64,000 bases of DNA. Origin: a virus. The stretch lies in the IMG/VR virus record IMGVR_UViG_3300027759_000050, positions 32,001 through 96,000 of that record; one strand, given 5' to 3'. Below, one piece after another: positions 1-10,421 of the stretch (its first letter is position 1; each line of letters starts with the position of its first letter). Under the pieces are notes generated by a model, which searched no databases, was not told the origin of the DNA, and worked only from the letters and a program-made list of their open reading frames with translations. The translations under genes were made by a program, and so were the position numbers.

Positions 1-173
1 GCATTATTACCAACAGATAATGAGGTTCCTGTTCCATTTAATGTTAGTGTGCCTGAATCTTTGGTCCAATCATATTTACCGATAGAATTGATTTCATTTG
101 AATCGGCATTAGTTGCAACAATCCAATCACCAAATGTGTTGGCGTAACCTAAAATATTGACTGTATTTGCCAT
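1..173 (-). CDS. N-terminus of a probable tail fiber/structural protein (runs off the window)
   Basis: ATG at 173 after GGGTTAAG; open to the window edge; MANTVNILGYANTFGDWIVATN resembles the 'TFxxW' N-termini of T4-like fiber proteins. Confidence 0.6.
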   Translation of the reverse strand, partial: MANTVNILGYANTFGDWIVATNADSNEINSIGKYDWTKDSGTLTLNGTGTSLSVGNN

Positions 174-174
174 C

Positions 175-396
175 TTAACCTTTTATTAGTAATTGTTGCA
201 ACAGGGATTTTATCTCATCCATATCCGACTTGATGCAATCTATTTCTGACTTTACTTTATTTATTTCATCTTTTTGCATCTTAACCAACCTAAGTTTAGC
301 ATAGTACTCATTTTTTTCCGTGTTATCTGTAGGCATTATAACTCTACTGTTTATATCACGGACAAAATTTGTACCGGTAACTCTTACTAGTTCCAT
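175..396 (-). CDS. small coiled-coil hypothetical protein typically found after the VrlC-like gene in T4-like phages
   Basis: 73-aa ORF packed tightly between structural genes; heptad-like C-terminus EINKVKSEIDCIKSDMDEIKSLLQQLL. Confidence 0.75.
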   Translation of the reverse strand: MELVRVTGTNFVRDINSRVIMPTDNTEKNEYYAKLRLVKMQKDEINKVKSEIDCIKSDMDEIKSLLQQLLIKG

Positions 397-397
397 T

Positions 398-3300
398 TTA
401 TAATCCTGTTCCTGCTGGTAACGCTAATGCGCGGATGTCTGTTAGGAATGGAACAAGAGTATTATCACTTGTTGCCAAAACTACCTTGATTGCAAATTGG
501 ATGAATGAATCGTATGTCTGACCTGTTGTTGAATTGGTGTAACTGATACTATTGTTAGCTTGATTGCTTGCAAAAATACCAGGAGCACACTCATATTCAT
601 ACAAGTCGGTTCTAGATTTGGAATATGTATTTGGATTTTGGAGAGTGGTCATTAATTGCCAATTTCCAGATTCAAATGGTGATGTATCCGCTGAATTTAG
701 AATCTTATAATAAACATAAACAGCTGTTCCCAGTGGTTTATATGCAGTATAAAACACACGCAAATCACCTGAATCATTTCCTGGTGCAAGTACAACTTTC
801 TTGGTGAAATATTTTGCAATTGCATTACCACCTGAAGGTGATGTTTCACCTGCAACGGTTATAACAACATTTGCATTTCCTCCGCGTGTTGTTGGATTTG
901 AAATTGTAATTGTTGGTGTGTTTATGTAACCAGCTCCCGATGTAATTGTGTATACCGAAGTGATTGCACCATTCGCATTTGCGGTTAATCCTAATGTTGC
1001 AACATTGGAACCAATGTCGGGACTTGAAATTGATATTGTGGTCGCAAGAACATTATAACCATAACCAGGATCCGCGATTGAAATGATGTTATTACCAATA
1101 CCCATGTTGTTAATATTGTAGGAAACAGTATACAATGTAAGGCCGTCATCGGAAATGATTGGAGACACATCAGGATCACTTGTACTTAATGTTGCACTCA
1201 ATGAGAATGAAGTGTTTGTGTGTTTTAATAGGACTCTTTCCCCATTTCCATCAGCCAAGTAAATATCTTCTGAAGTCGGACTTCCTAATCTACCAGGATT
1301 TACTGAATTATATCCTGTTGGAACATTTCCAGAACTTAGTGTTGTTGCATATGTGTAATTAACACCAGTTCCTGTGGGTGCAAGGTCTGTTGTAGTGATG
1401 TTTAATGCACCATATCTTCTATTTGGTGAATAATTTCCAAATAGATTTGAAGCACTGTTTGCATCCAATTTGTTCAAAATGTCTTGGCTTCCCATTTTTC
1501 GATATGGTAAATTCTTAGGAATAAGAAAAGGTATTGAAGCTGTAGTTGTTGAGAATAAACATTTTTCTATAATAAACATTAAATCTTTAGTTTGGTCTGC
1601 TGTCCATGTTATACTATTCTGCGATTCAAATAAAGCACCAACATATGGAGCTGCACCAATTTTTGTCGGATTGGTTGGATTTGGATCAGTTACTTTAGCT
1701 TTTGCTGTAGATGGTATCGCAGTTTGATTTTGTTGACCATAATAAACCACATAATCTTTGGATGTTGATTTTACTATGAAAGCATAAAGAACCCCTGATT
1801 GAATATACACAGGTGCTGCAAAAACAAATTCGGTGTAAGATGATGGGTCCAAATAATGTGGAGAAGTTGAAACATTAACTTTACTTGGTTCCAAAGTCAC
1901 TGTTGAATAATCTAATGTATCTCCTGTTGGATAACCATTGAGTGTCGGCACAACACTAATTGTTACTGGTGAATTATCTGTTGCTTTTGAATAGAAAAAT
2001 ATTTTAATAGAATATAAGAAAATTCCATTAGGATAATTATCTTTAGATACAATGAAAGTTTGTGCAAGAGGATCTGAATTATTGGGTCTGTTATCCCAAG
2101 ATGTTGTTCGGCTAGTTGTTGATGAACTAATGAATTGATTTGATATTTGACTTACTTGCGTAAACACCGATGTAGATGAATCTATTGAAGGCGCAAAATT
2201 TAATTTTTGTACTGTTGTTGATAAACCGGAAGCAGTAAATGTAGCTTCAGCAAATGTTGTTGCGGTTGTAAAATCGGTTGCAACAGTTCTATTGTCTATG
2301 CGGAACACTCTACTTCCTGTTTTGAATATTCCTGATGGTATATTGAAAATTGCAACAAAATTACCAGCTTCATCTGTAGATGGTTTAGCTAATGCAGTTC
2401 CTGCTTGAACTGCAGCATTAATTTTAGTCAAACTACCAGAAATAGAATAAACAGATGTTAAATCTCCACCAACTTGTGAATTTGTTCCCAATGATAAATT
2501 AACTGGTGTACTTAATGTGACTAATTTTGTTGAAACATCATAAGCAGTAATCACTGATTTGAATGTTTGAATTTTGTCATAATACTTGTTATTGTAAATA
2601 TAAACATATTTTGATGTGACACTTATATTTGAACCAACATAATAATTTGAAGTGTTGGAAGCTTTTGATGGATCCAATCTTAATTGTGTTGCATCAATAA
2701 ACCATTCGCCACCACCTGGCATTGCTACTTTTGTACCTGCATTTACATATGAAATTGGCGGATTGATTGTTGAATAAACAATATTACTTCCAGAATCTTT
2801 GATTGTCATACCAAAAGATGAGGTTGTTGTGCCCGAACTTGTTGCTGCGAAACCAATTTTTACTACAACTGGAGCAGTTGCAACTGTATATGTAAATGTT
2901 GTTGTCGATGCTGGTGTGCTTGATAAAGATGCACCAATACTTGTTCCATTTGCGTAAACAAAAGCTGAACCAGATGCACCAACTTCTATGGTGTATGTTC
3001 CTGCGGATGTGAATGTTACAGGTGAAGTAAAATTAAATGATGTTCCATTAGTTGCATCACCCCAAATACCATAATTATTCAGTAATGTTGAATAATTTTG
3101 TACAACAGGTGTTGCATATAATTGAGTTGTTGTACTGCCATTTAATGTATTCGACCAACCTCCACCAACACCACTAATTTTTCCTGATGGGCTTATATTT
3201 ACTATTGCTCCAGCAGGTACAGTTCCTGACGCAGAAGAAGAAACATAATTACCATTAACATCAAAAGTTGCATTTCTTAATGTTGTTGAACCTAGTGAAT

Positions 3301-6300
3301 TTGGTACACCAACCATGTCAGCAACATATAAACGAATTTTTGTTGTGTTTGGATAATAATATACGTTAATTACACGAGCAACTGGATAGAAAACATTTGC
3401 TATATAGAAACCAACAATATCATTTTTATTAAATGTTCCAGATACGCCAGTTAATTCGATGGTATTTGGATTAGACAAATACTGAGATACATCTACACCA
3501 TCAAAATATGTTGATACATTTGAATTGACTAACAGATTGGTAGCACTAATAATAATTGATTGGTTTTTAATATATGGTAATATTGCAATGTTTGTCAAAT
3601 AACCATTATTTATCCCAAAAGTTGATGATGTTGGATTATAAGTTCCTGAAACAGTATTTTTTATTTGACTAGCATAAGTTTCGGTTACAGTTGTTGTTGT
3701 TGATGATCCTTGTTCTCCATTGCCGGTTGTCGAGGTGGATGAACTGGTTTTAAAAGTTGTTGTTCCTGGTATTGTTTGATAATCACCTGAACTCAATAAA
3801 TTAACACCATCACTGGATTGATACACTTGAAAATTAGGATCAGTTACTAGAACCGCAGGAGCTTGAGTGACATCCACCCAATTATCCATTGGAGGATTTA
3901 AATTTAGAATTCCTTCTTTTACAGAAACATTAAAAGGATTAACTGAAACTGTACTACTTGCAAGTGGTTGAAACGCAACATTTTCTGTTGTAAATGGTAA
4001 AGTAAATAGATTTGTTTGAGCATTATTAATACTATTAATTCTATAACTACCTGTATTTGCCACTGTACCTAAACCAGCAAGAACAACAGGATTTTGCAAT
4101 TGGAAATTTTGAACAGATTGTAATGCCGTCATTTGATTTTTGCGTACATTGATATTTGCGGCGTAATCTGGATTATAAGTATCTGCTGTTCCAAACGATG
4201 AAAAATCATCTACTAAAATACCATTTTTAAATCTATTCAAACCATTAGCATCAGCAATTTGTTGAGAACTGGCTTTCTGTTCCAAAATACTTAAAGAAGT
4301 ATAGTATTCTAAATTATTAACACGAGTTTCTAAATCTGTAATATCTTCTTTTGCCCAACGCTTGTGGAGAACTTTATTAATCGACAGATTAGAAGTTACA
4401 CCCGGAGTACCTTCACCTGGAACAAAAGCTGTGTAAGGATCATGTGATAGATTTGCTATTACTAAAGAACCAGAAGGTTCATTTGGTAAAGAAGGATTGA
4501 CAGAAGATGTTCCTTGAATGATATTAAAACTTTTGTCTGTTGTTAAGACCAATTTATCTTTTCTACCCAAATAATATTGATAGAAACCTGTGAAGTTTGA
4601 TAGATTATTAGGTATCAACATACCAAGGTCATTGCTACTAGATTGTGCGCCTGAATATTCCCAAATGTAGGAAGTTTGGCCATTAACACGACAAGGCCTA
4701 AAGTCAATACAATCTCTTAATGCATAGTTAACACCATCTTTAGCTGTGTATGTTCCAATTTGTGCATATGCTTCCGGAGAACTTGATACGCCACCATATG
4801 TTGAACCTGAGGAATTGTATGATTGAATACTGAAATAACCATCACCAGATGATGCTTGACTGTGTGAATAGTAATCTACAACAACTAAGATGTTGCCGGC
4901 CGGTCTAGGTGCACCAGGAATCAATGATACAGATGCATGGTCGTAATAATTATCCCTTTGACCATTATCTAATGTATAGTAAGAAGTGACATCTGTGTAA
5001 CCAGATAATGATCCCGTTGGATTTGTACCTGCTACACCTGAATCAATAACTTTTGTAATTTTCTTAACATCATTCACATATAAAGACATTTTTCCGGTGG
5101 TGGCAATGTCTGAATTTTTAATTGTAATTTGGCCTGTTGTTAGGTCTTGATAGGAATTTGTACCAGAAATTAATGAAAGTGAACCAACAGTTGTAGTATT
5201 TCCTGTAACTAAACTCTTAGATTTTAGAACATAACTTGCAGAATCACCACTACTTACTTGAACTTGTGCAATAATTGTAACATTTTTACCTGTACCTACA
5301 CCTGAACCAACCGTAAATGTTGCTGTAGTTTTATCACCCGAAATGGAAATTGTATTACCTGATGTGGTAAAATCCATAACACTACCTGTTGAATTATCAA
5401 TAACCATGAACAGTTGTTGAGCTGTTGAACTATCTAAAGTTCCGGTACCTTGAAATTTTAATGGATTACTTGCATTTCCTGAAGTTGATTGTAAAGTTAA
5501 TGTTGTTCCTGTGAATGTTTTTGAACGATATACTCTTTGTGTGTAATATGAAGTTGTAATTAATTGAGCAACATAAGGATATCCAATTTGGAATATCATT
5601 TCAGGTGATACTTGTGAGTATAATATGGTATCAGAATTTGCTAGACCATTAACCTTACCACTGGATGCATTGATATTAACATTTGCGGTCATTGCATATG
5701 AACCTGAACCCGCTGTTTTAATAATGGACTCAATATCAGCATTTTTGAATATTAGGGAGAATTTTGAACTAGCTGTTGGAGTAACAGTAAAAGGTGAATC
5801 GACTGTGGCAATTTTGGTGGAACCACTATAACTTACAATTCTTCTAGAATCAATTAAACCACCTGTATTCATACTAACAGTTATTCCATAATATGCATTT
5901 GCAACCGGTGAGAAGGAACCAGTTGTATCTGTGATAGTGAATGTATTTGCAGTACCTGAAGTAACATTTCCAGTTAATGTATTTGCAGAAAAATCTGAAA
6001 TGTATGCGTTGTAAATATAATTTTTTGTAGTTGAACCTGTGCCTGAAACATATTTCATATTGCGGATAAATGCACTGCCAGCCAATGTTGCTGAATATGT
6101 TTTAGTGTTGGTTGAAACAACATTAGATGCGGGAACACAATGAAAATCAACTTGTGGCATTGTCGAAATGTCAAAAACACCATTTGAAGTATCAACAACA
6201 AAGTAATTTCCATAATCAATAAAGACTGGATTGTTACTAATATTTGCAACAGATTGTGCTCTATCGTTTGTTAATTTAATATCTGATTGACTTTCCACTC

Positions 6301-7333
6301 TATAACCATGAACATATGCAACACCTTTACCTATGTTTAAATCATATTTTGTCGATGAGATTGAGTTTGCAGAAGGTGTCAGTTTAAATTCATTTACAAT
6401 GTAATCACCGTTAGTTTCATAATCACGCTTTGCAAAGTAATCATCGATGGTTGAATAAACTGTACCGTCAACTTGTTTAAGAATACTTCCGTTTTCGATG
6501 CGAACTAATTCAATAAAATTATCATCGTTACCTAGTGTTAGTGGTAATGTTACCAGTGTTAGTGTAATAACATAACGGTCTGCACCTGGTGCTTGGTAAT
6601 TTGAAGCACCAACAGCCGGATCCAATAAAGAAGAATCATTTATATAATCATAAATCGTTTCTGTTATTTGGAGACCGACACGATAAGATGGTACATTATC
6701 ATACTTGTCTAAGATGATTGTTTGTGGGTCGACCTGTACGAAGTTACCAATTGAATATTTGATACCGGTTATGTCTGAAACGGAATAACCATTAACAATA
6801 TAGAAGACACCACTGGAAATTGAGGCAACCGAAGATAGTCCTGTAGATACACTTGATGCTGTAGTAGTTGCAACAGAAGCATAATATGTTGATCCTGATG
6901 TTGTTACAATAACAGTACCGTCTGTAAATTGAGCTCCGGATAAGTATGTTACAATCAATGTAGGTGGATCACCAGTCGTGGAACCACTGGATGTAGTTTC
7001 GGCTGTGGCTAGAACTCTAGCTAGAATTGTTCCACTTGCATCTTGAATTATTTGACCTGCAAAATTTTCAGCAGTAACAGTTAATCCATTATATGTGTTG
7101 TTTAACTTGATAAAATAACAATTTTGATTAACTGTTACTTGGCCACCAGAAACTGGAGTATTTTGGGAGAAAATTGCAGAAGCAAAATTTGAAATTTGAT
7201 TTTGCAGAATAGTCTGCGATTGGGTTAATTCACGAGCTTGAACCGCGGATCCGGGTTTAAAAAGTATGCGGTGAAAGTTTTTTGATGGATCAAAATCGTC
7301 AAAATAGGGGCCAACATTGAAATTTAAAGACAT
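398..7333 (-). CDS. giant virion structural protein (VrlC/DUF4815-like baseplate-associated protein)
   Basis: 2311 aa; N-terminus NFNVGPYFDDFDPSKNFHRILFKPGSAVQARELTQSQTILQNQI; internal RVNNLEYYTSLSILE and NRFKNGILVDDF; C-terminal DIRALAL; located after gp8. Confidence 0.85.
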   Translation of the reverse strand: MSLNFNVGPYFDDFDPSKNFHRILFKPGSAVQARELTQSQTILQNQISNFASAIFSQNTPVSGGQVTVNQNCYFIKLNNTYNGLTVTAENFAGQIIQDASGTILARVLATAETTSSGSTTGDPPTLIVTYLSGAQFTDGTVIVTTSGSTYYASVATTTASSVSTGLSSVASISSGVFYIVNGYSVSDITGIKYSIGNFVQVDPQTIILDKYDNVPSYRVGLQITETIYDYINDSSLLDPAVGASNYQAPGADRYVITLTLVTLPLTLGNDDNFIELVRIENGSILKQVDGTVYSTIDDYFAKRDYETNGDYIVNEFKLTPSANSISSTKYDLNIGKGVAYVHGYRVESQSDIKLTNDRAQSVANISNNPVFIDYGNYFVVDTSNGVFDISTMPQVDFHCVPASNVVSTNTKTYSATLAGSAFIRNMKYVSGTGSTTKNYIYNAYISDFSANTLTGNVTSGTANTFTITDTTGSFSPVANAYYGITVSMNTGGLIDSRRIVSYSGSTKIATVDSPFTVTPTASSKFSLIFKNADIESIIKTAGSGSYAMTANVNINASSGKVNGLANSDTILYSQVSPEMIFQIGYPYVAQLITTSYYTQRVYRSKTFTGTTLTLQSTSGNASNPLKFQGTGTLDSSTAQQLFMVIDNSTGSVMDFTTSGNTISISGDKTTATFTVGSGVGTGKNVTIIAQVQVSSGDSASYVLKSKSLVTGNTTTVGSLSLISGTNSYQDLTTGQITIKNSDIATTGKMSLYVNDVKKITKVIDSGVAGTNPTGSLSGYTDVTSYYTLDNGQRDNYYDHASVSLIPGAPRPAGNILVVVDYYSHSQASSGDGYFSIQSYNSSGSTYGGVSSSPEAYAQIGTYTAKDGVNYALRDCIDFRPCRVNGQTSYIWEYSGAQSSSNDLGMLIPNNLSNFTGFYQYYLGRKDKLVLTTDKSFNIIQGTSSVNPSLPNEPSGSLVIANLSHDPYTAFVPGEGTPGVTSNLSINKVLHKRWAKEDITDLETRVNNLEYYTSLSILEQKASSQQIADANGLNRFKNGILVDDFSSFGTADTYNPDYAANINVRKNQMTALQSVQNFQLQNPVVLAGLGTVANTGSYRINSINNAQTNLFTLPFTTENVAFQPLASSTVSVNPFNVSVKEGILNLNPPMDNWVDVTQAPAVLVTDPNFQVYQSSDGVNLLSSGDYQTIPGTTTFKTSSSTSTTGNGEQGSSTTTTVTETYASQIKNTVSGTYNPTSSTFGINNGYLTNIAILPYIKNQSIIISATNLLVNSNVSTYFDGVDVSQYLSNPNTIELTGVSGTFNKNDIVGFYIANVFYPVARVINVYYYPNTTKIRLYVADMVGVPNSLGSTTLRNATFDVNGNYVSSSASGTVPAGAIVNISPSGKISGVGGGWSNTLNGSTTTQLYATPVVQNYSTLLNNYGIWGDATNGTSFNFTSPVTFTSAGTYTIEVGASGSAFVYANGTSIGASLSSTPASTTTFTYTVATAPVVVKIGFAATSSGTTTSSFGMTIKDSGSNIVYSTINPPISYVNAGTKVAMPGGGEWFIDATQLRLDPSKASNTSNYYVGSNISVTSKYVYIYNNKYYDKIQTFKSVITAYDVSTKLVTLSTPVNLSLGTNSQVGGDLTSVYSISGSLTKINAAVQAGTALAKPSTDEAGNFVAIFNIPSGIFKTGSRVFRIDNRTVATDFTTATTFAEATFTASGLSTTVQKLNFAPSIDSSTSVFTQVSQISNQFISSSTTSRTTSWDNRPNNSDPLAQTFIVSKDNYPNGIFLYSIKIFFYSKATDNSPVTISVVPTLNGYPTGDTLDYSTVTLEPSKVNVSTSPHYLDPSSYTEFVFAAPVYIQSGVLYAFIVKSTSKDYVVYYGQQNQTAIPSTAKAKVTDPNPTNPTKIGAAPYVGALFESQNSITWTADQTKDLMFIIEKCLFSTTTASIPFLIPKNLPYRKMGSQDILNKLDANSASNLFGNYSPNRRYGALNITTTDLAPTGTGVNYTYATTLSSGNVPTGYNSVNPGRLGSPTSEDIYLADGNGERVLLKHTNTSFSLSATLSTSDPDVSPIISDDGLTLYTVSYNINNMGIGNNIISIADPGYGYNVLATTISISSPDIGSNVATLGLTANANGAITSVYTITSGAGYINTPTITISNPTTRGGNANVVITVAGETSPSGGNAIAKYFTKKVVLAPGNDSGDLRVFYTAYKPLGTAVYVYYKILNSADTSPFESGNWQLMTTLQNPNTYSKSRTDLYEYECAPGIFASNQANNSISYTNSTTGQTYDSFIQFAIKVVLATSDNTLVPFLTDIRALALPAGTGL

Positions 7334-7342
7334 TTTTTTCCT

Positions 7343-8767
7343 TTAGTATCCTAGTACAAATTTAAATTGTTCGATGCCATCATTACTTCTTTGAACACCA
7401 ACTCTATTCTCAACATAGGTTATATATCCTGAGAATGGAACGAGAGATGGTTCAGTTACAGATAAAACAACCCTAGACGCACCTGAGGTTGCACCAATAA
7501 TTGTTTGGCCAACAGTATAAGTTCCACTTGTATTTATCAACTGTAAAATATTACTTGATGTATTAAAATTTAAAACGGTTGCGTAGTAAGTTATATTACC
7601 ATTTGCATCTTTTTGTTGCACAATCTCATCGGCCGTGTATACATTTCCTTGGCCAGAAGAAAGAAGGAATTGTGTTGTTGTATTATAAATTGCACCGTTT
7701 GCTAAAACAGGACCTGATGTTCCATAAGTCTGTGGATTAACAAGTATGCCAACCTGATGATAGTTTACACCAGTTGTTGGTAAAACTCCACTCTCAGTTC
7801 CATTAAATTCAACCGAGTACATAACATGATTACAACCCAATTCAGAAATTGGATCATATGCGTGGCCACCAACTGGAGAAATTGGTGAAATTGCTGTTGC
7901 TCCAGTGCCTAAAGGTGAAATAAAAGATAAATTTGATGAGGTGTATGCAGTTATTGTGACATTTGCGCTAGTGTAATTTTTACCTGCAAAACCAGGTTTC
8001 ACTACAACATCCTTAATTACACCTGCGGTTATTTCAGAACTAGATATATTTGCAACACATCCTGTACCGTCTCCTGTAACAGAAACAACAATAAACGTAT
8101 TAACTGCATCATAACCTGTGCCACCGTTTGTTATATTGATTACCTCAACGTCTCCATAACCTGCATTGGTCAAGTAAGGTTGTGGTGTATTTGCACCTAT
8201 TGGGATAGGCATCCAATCAGTGTCTAAGAAATTTTTCTTGAGGTTGGCATCAACGGTATACATGTACTTCCACTTATACAGGTCATTACCTTGATAGATG
8301 TTGTTTGTTCCATATGAACCTGGTTGAAAATATGGTTCAGAGGTGGATAATCCGCCGTTATTATTCGCTAGACACTTGAAGACTTGGTCGTATCTATTCT
8401 TTACATAAAAATTATACATTGGAAACCCATTGGCATCCTTTGCATTCATGTTCACGGTGCCTGAATAGGCAAAAAAGTTGGTGTTATTTGCCCAATTGAT
8501 TCTTTGGATTACCGGTGAAATATTACTGGCATTTAACAATTTAACCGCAAACATATTCTTAAAGATTTTCTTTAATGAATACTGGTCTTCTTGTGGTTGT
8601 ATTGGAGTTTCTACAGAACCAACTAATGGCCATGGATCTTCTTGGCCAAGAAATATATAAGTTGAATTAATCGAAGCACCATTGAGTTTCACTGACGGAT
8701 TGTAATAATCCGTCTCAACCCTGATTACTTTTGCTTGATTTGTGAGGATGTTTTTATTTGTAGCCAT
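7343..8767 (-). CDS. gp8: baseplate wedge subunit
   Basis: motifs VIQRINW, VFKCLANN, KWKYMYT, DWMPIP, GGHAYDPISELG; C-terminus YVENRVGVQRSNDGIEQFKFVLGY; synteny. Confidence 0.85.
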   Translation of the reverse strand: MATNKNILTNQAKVIRVETDYYNPSVKLNGASINSTYIFLGQEDPWPLVGSVETPIQPQEDQYSLKKIFKNMFAVKLLNASNISPVIQRINWANNTNFFAYSGTVNMNAKDANGFPMYNFYVKNRYDQVFKCLANNNGGLSTSEPYFQPGSYGTNNIYQGNDLYKWKYMYTVDANLKKNFLDTDWMPIPIGANTPQPYLTNAGYGDVEVINITNGGTGYDAVNTFIVVSVTGDGTGCVANISSSEITAGVIKDVVVKPGFAGKNYTSANVTITAYTSSNLSFISPLGTGATAISPISPVGGHAYDPISELGCNHVMYSVEFNGTESGVLPTTGVNYHQVGILVNPQTYGTSGPVLANGAIYNTTTQFLLSSGQGNVYTADEIVQQKDANGNITYYATVLNFNTSSNILQLINTSGTYTVGQTIIGATSGASRVVLSVTEPSLVPFSGYITYVENRVGVQRSNDGIEQFKFVLGY

Positions 8768-8777
8768 GATTTATTTA

Positions 8778-10418
8778 TTAAGCGTGTACAACAGAAACAA
8801 GAGTATTTGCAAGGTCACCATCTATAGAAAAGTATCTCATGTATGCAGCACTAGTCGCAGGAATAGTGAATGTTGTGGAGTTTGTTGTGGAATTAAGTGC
8901 AGAAATACCGTGTGTTACCGTTCTATTGGTACCGCTTGTATTGATTAACCACAATTCCACCACTTTACCTGCGGTAAAGTTACTATGTGAAACCGTTAAA
9001 TCTGCAACCAAATTGGCTTTAATCAAAGCGTCTGTAGCATAATCAATGGTAATTGTTGTTTGATTTCCAACAGGAAGTCTAGGTGTGTAGATGAAACCTT
9101 TTTGTGGATTAACAACACCTGTAAATTCAGCAGAATTTCCGTTTAAGGTTAGAATGTTTGTCAGTGTATTTGAACCTGTTGTGCAATTCCAAAATTTAAT
9201 CTGTGAACCTGTATTTGCATCTGTATAGTTTTCGGCCGCCATAAAATCTATGCGACCTGTTCCAAAAGCTTGATATTTTGTTGTTCCGTAACCATTGCCG
9301 GAGAATCTACATAATATATCACCAGTTTGAACAGCTGTTGGATTAGATACATTACCTCTTGCTGCACGACCTGCATATACAGCATATGCGCCGGTGCCAT
9401 AAGAATCTGAAACAATCCTTGATGGAATGCCATTTTTACCTGAAATATGAAGCATATAACCATCGTTTGATGGTGTTGCAACTGTTGGTGATGCTGTAAT
9501 TGTCACGGCAGCTTCTGTCGCAGTGAAATTTGAATTTGCAAGTATCATAGTACCATTAACAGTCAAATTGTTCAAGATGTTTAACGAACCATTAAAATTC
9601 CCTGTAGTATTTGCAAGTGCGTTATTTGCTTTAACAAACGCTGAGTTAGCAAATAAAGCTCCCGAATTTGCTGTAACAAAAGAACCATTGGCAAATAATG
9701 CTCCAGAATTTGCTGTATCGAAAGCTGAAGTAATACTTGTGTTCTGTGTGGTATTGATTGCTGATTGTGTTGTAACAGTTGTATTAGCTAACGCAAATGC
9801 AGCCTGAGAGTATGCATTAGAAGCGGCCGCAGTTGTCTGTGTTGTACCATCCGAAAAAGTAATGTAAGACTGTGTATTTAATTTCAATCCAGTGTTTGTC
9901 ATCCATGCAACAATATTTTGACTCATTGTTCCACCTGCAATGAATTGAATTCTTGCGTTTGCAGATGCTGTACCTAAGATTAGATTACCCTGAGCGCTGG
10001 CATCTGTAACTCCATGAACATACAGATACCCGTCATAAGGTTTGAATGCAGAATAATAAACTGGATCATTATATTGTGGATTACCAATACCCATGTCGAT
10101 GTATTTGGTAATATTATCAGAATCTATAGTAGATGCCACAAAATCAGACGATGAATAAATTCCGTTTGCAAAATTTTGTAGGTTTAACTGCACATAACTA
10201 TTAGCCAAACTGGAAAACTGTGCTATTGTATTTGAATAACTAATCCTGTTATTACCCACAATCAATGCAGTATTTGCAAACAGGCCTGCCGCCAATGTTT
10301 CGGCCGAAAACTGGAATGTTTGTGCGGAAGGTATATCAACACCAACAAACAGAGTATTTGCTGTGTTTGCATTGATTGTTGTAAATTGAGGTAATTCTGA
10401 GATTTTAATTGTTGACAT
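8778..10418 (-). CDS. fiber-like virion structural protein
   Basis: 546 aa, rich in N/T/A; MSTIKISELP start; repeated ANSGALFAN units; lies between gp7 and gp8. Confidence 0.7.
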   Translation of the reverse strand: MSTIKISELPQFTTINANTANTLFVGVDIPSAQTFQFSAETLAAGLFANTALIVGNNRISYSNTIAQFSSLANSYVQLNLQNFANGIYSSSDFVASTIDSDNITKYIDMGIGNPQYNDPVYYSAFKPYDGYLYVHGVTDASAQGNLILGTASANARIQFIAGGTMSQNIVAWMTNTGLKLNTQSYITFSDGTTQTTAAASNAYSQAAFALANTTVTTQSAINTTQNTSITSAFDTANSGALFANGSFVTANSGALFANSAFVKANNALANTTGNFNGSLNILNNLTVNGTMILANSNFTATEAAVTITASPTVATPSNDGYMLHISGKNGIPSRIVSDSYGTGAYAVYAGRAARGNVSNPTAVQTGDILCRFSGNGYGTTKYQAFGTGRIDFMAAENYTDANTGSQIKFWNCTTGSNTLTNILTLNGNSAEFTGVVNPQKGFIYTPRLPVGNQTTITIDYATDALIKANLVADLTVSHSNFTAGKVVELWLINTSGTNRTVTHGISALNSTTNSTTFTIPATSAAYMRYFSIDGDLANTLVSVVHA

Positions 10419-10421
10419 TTT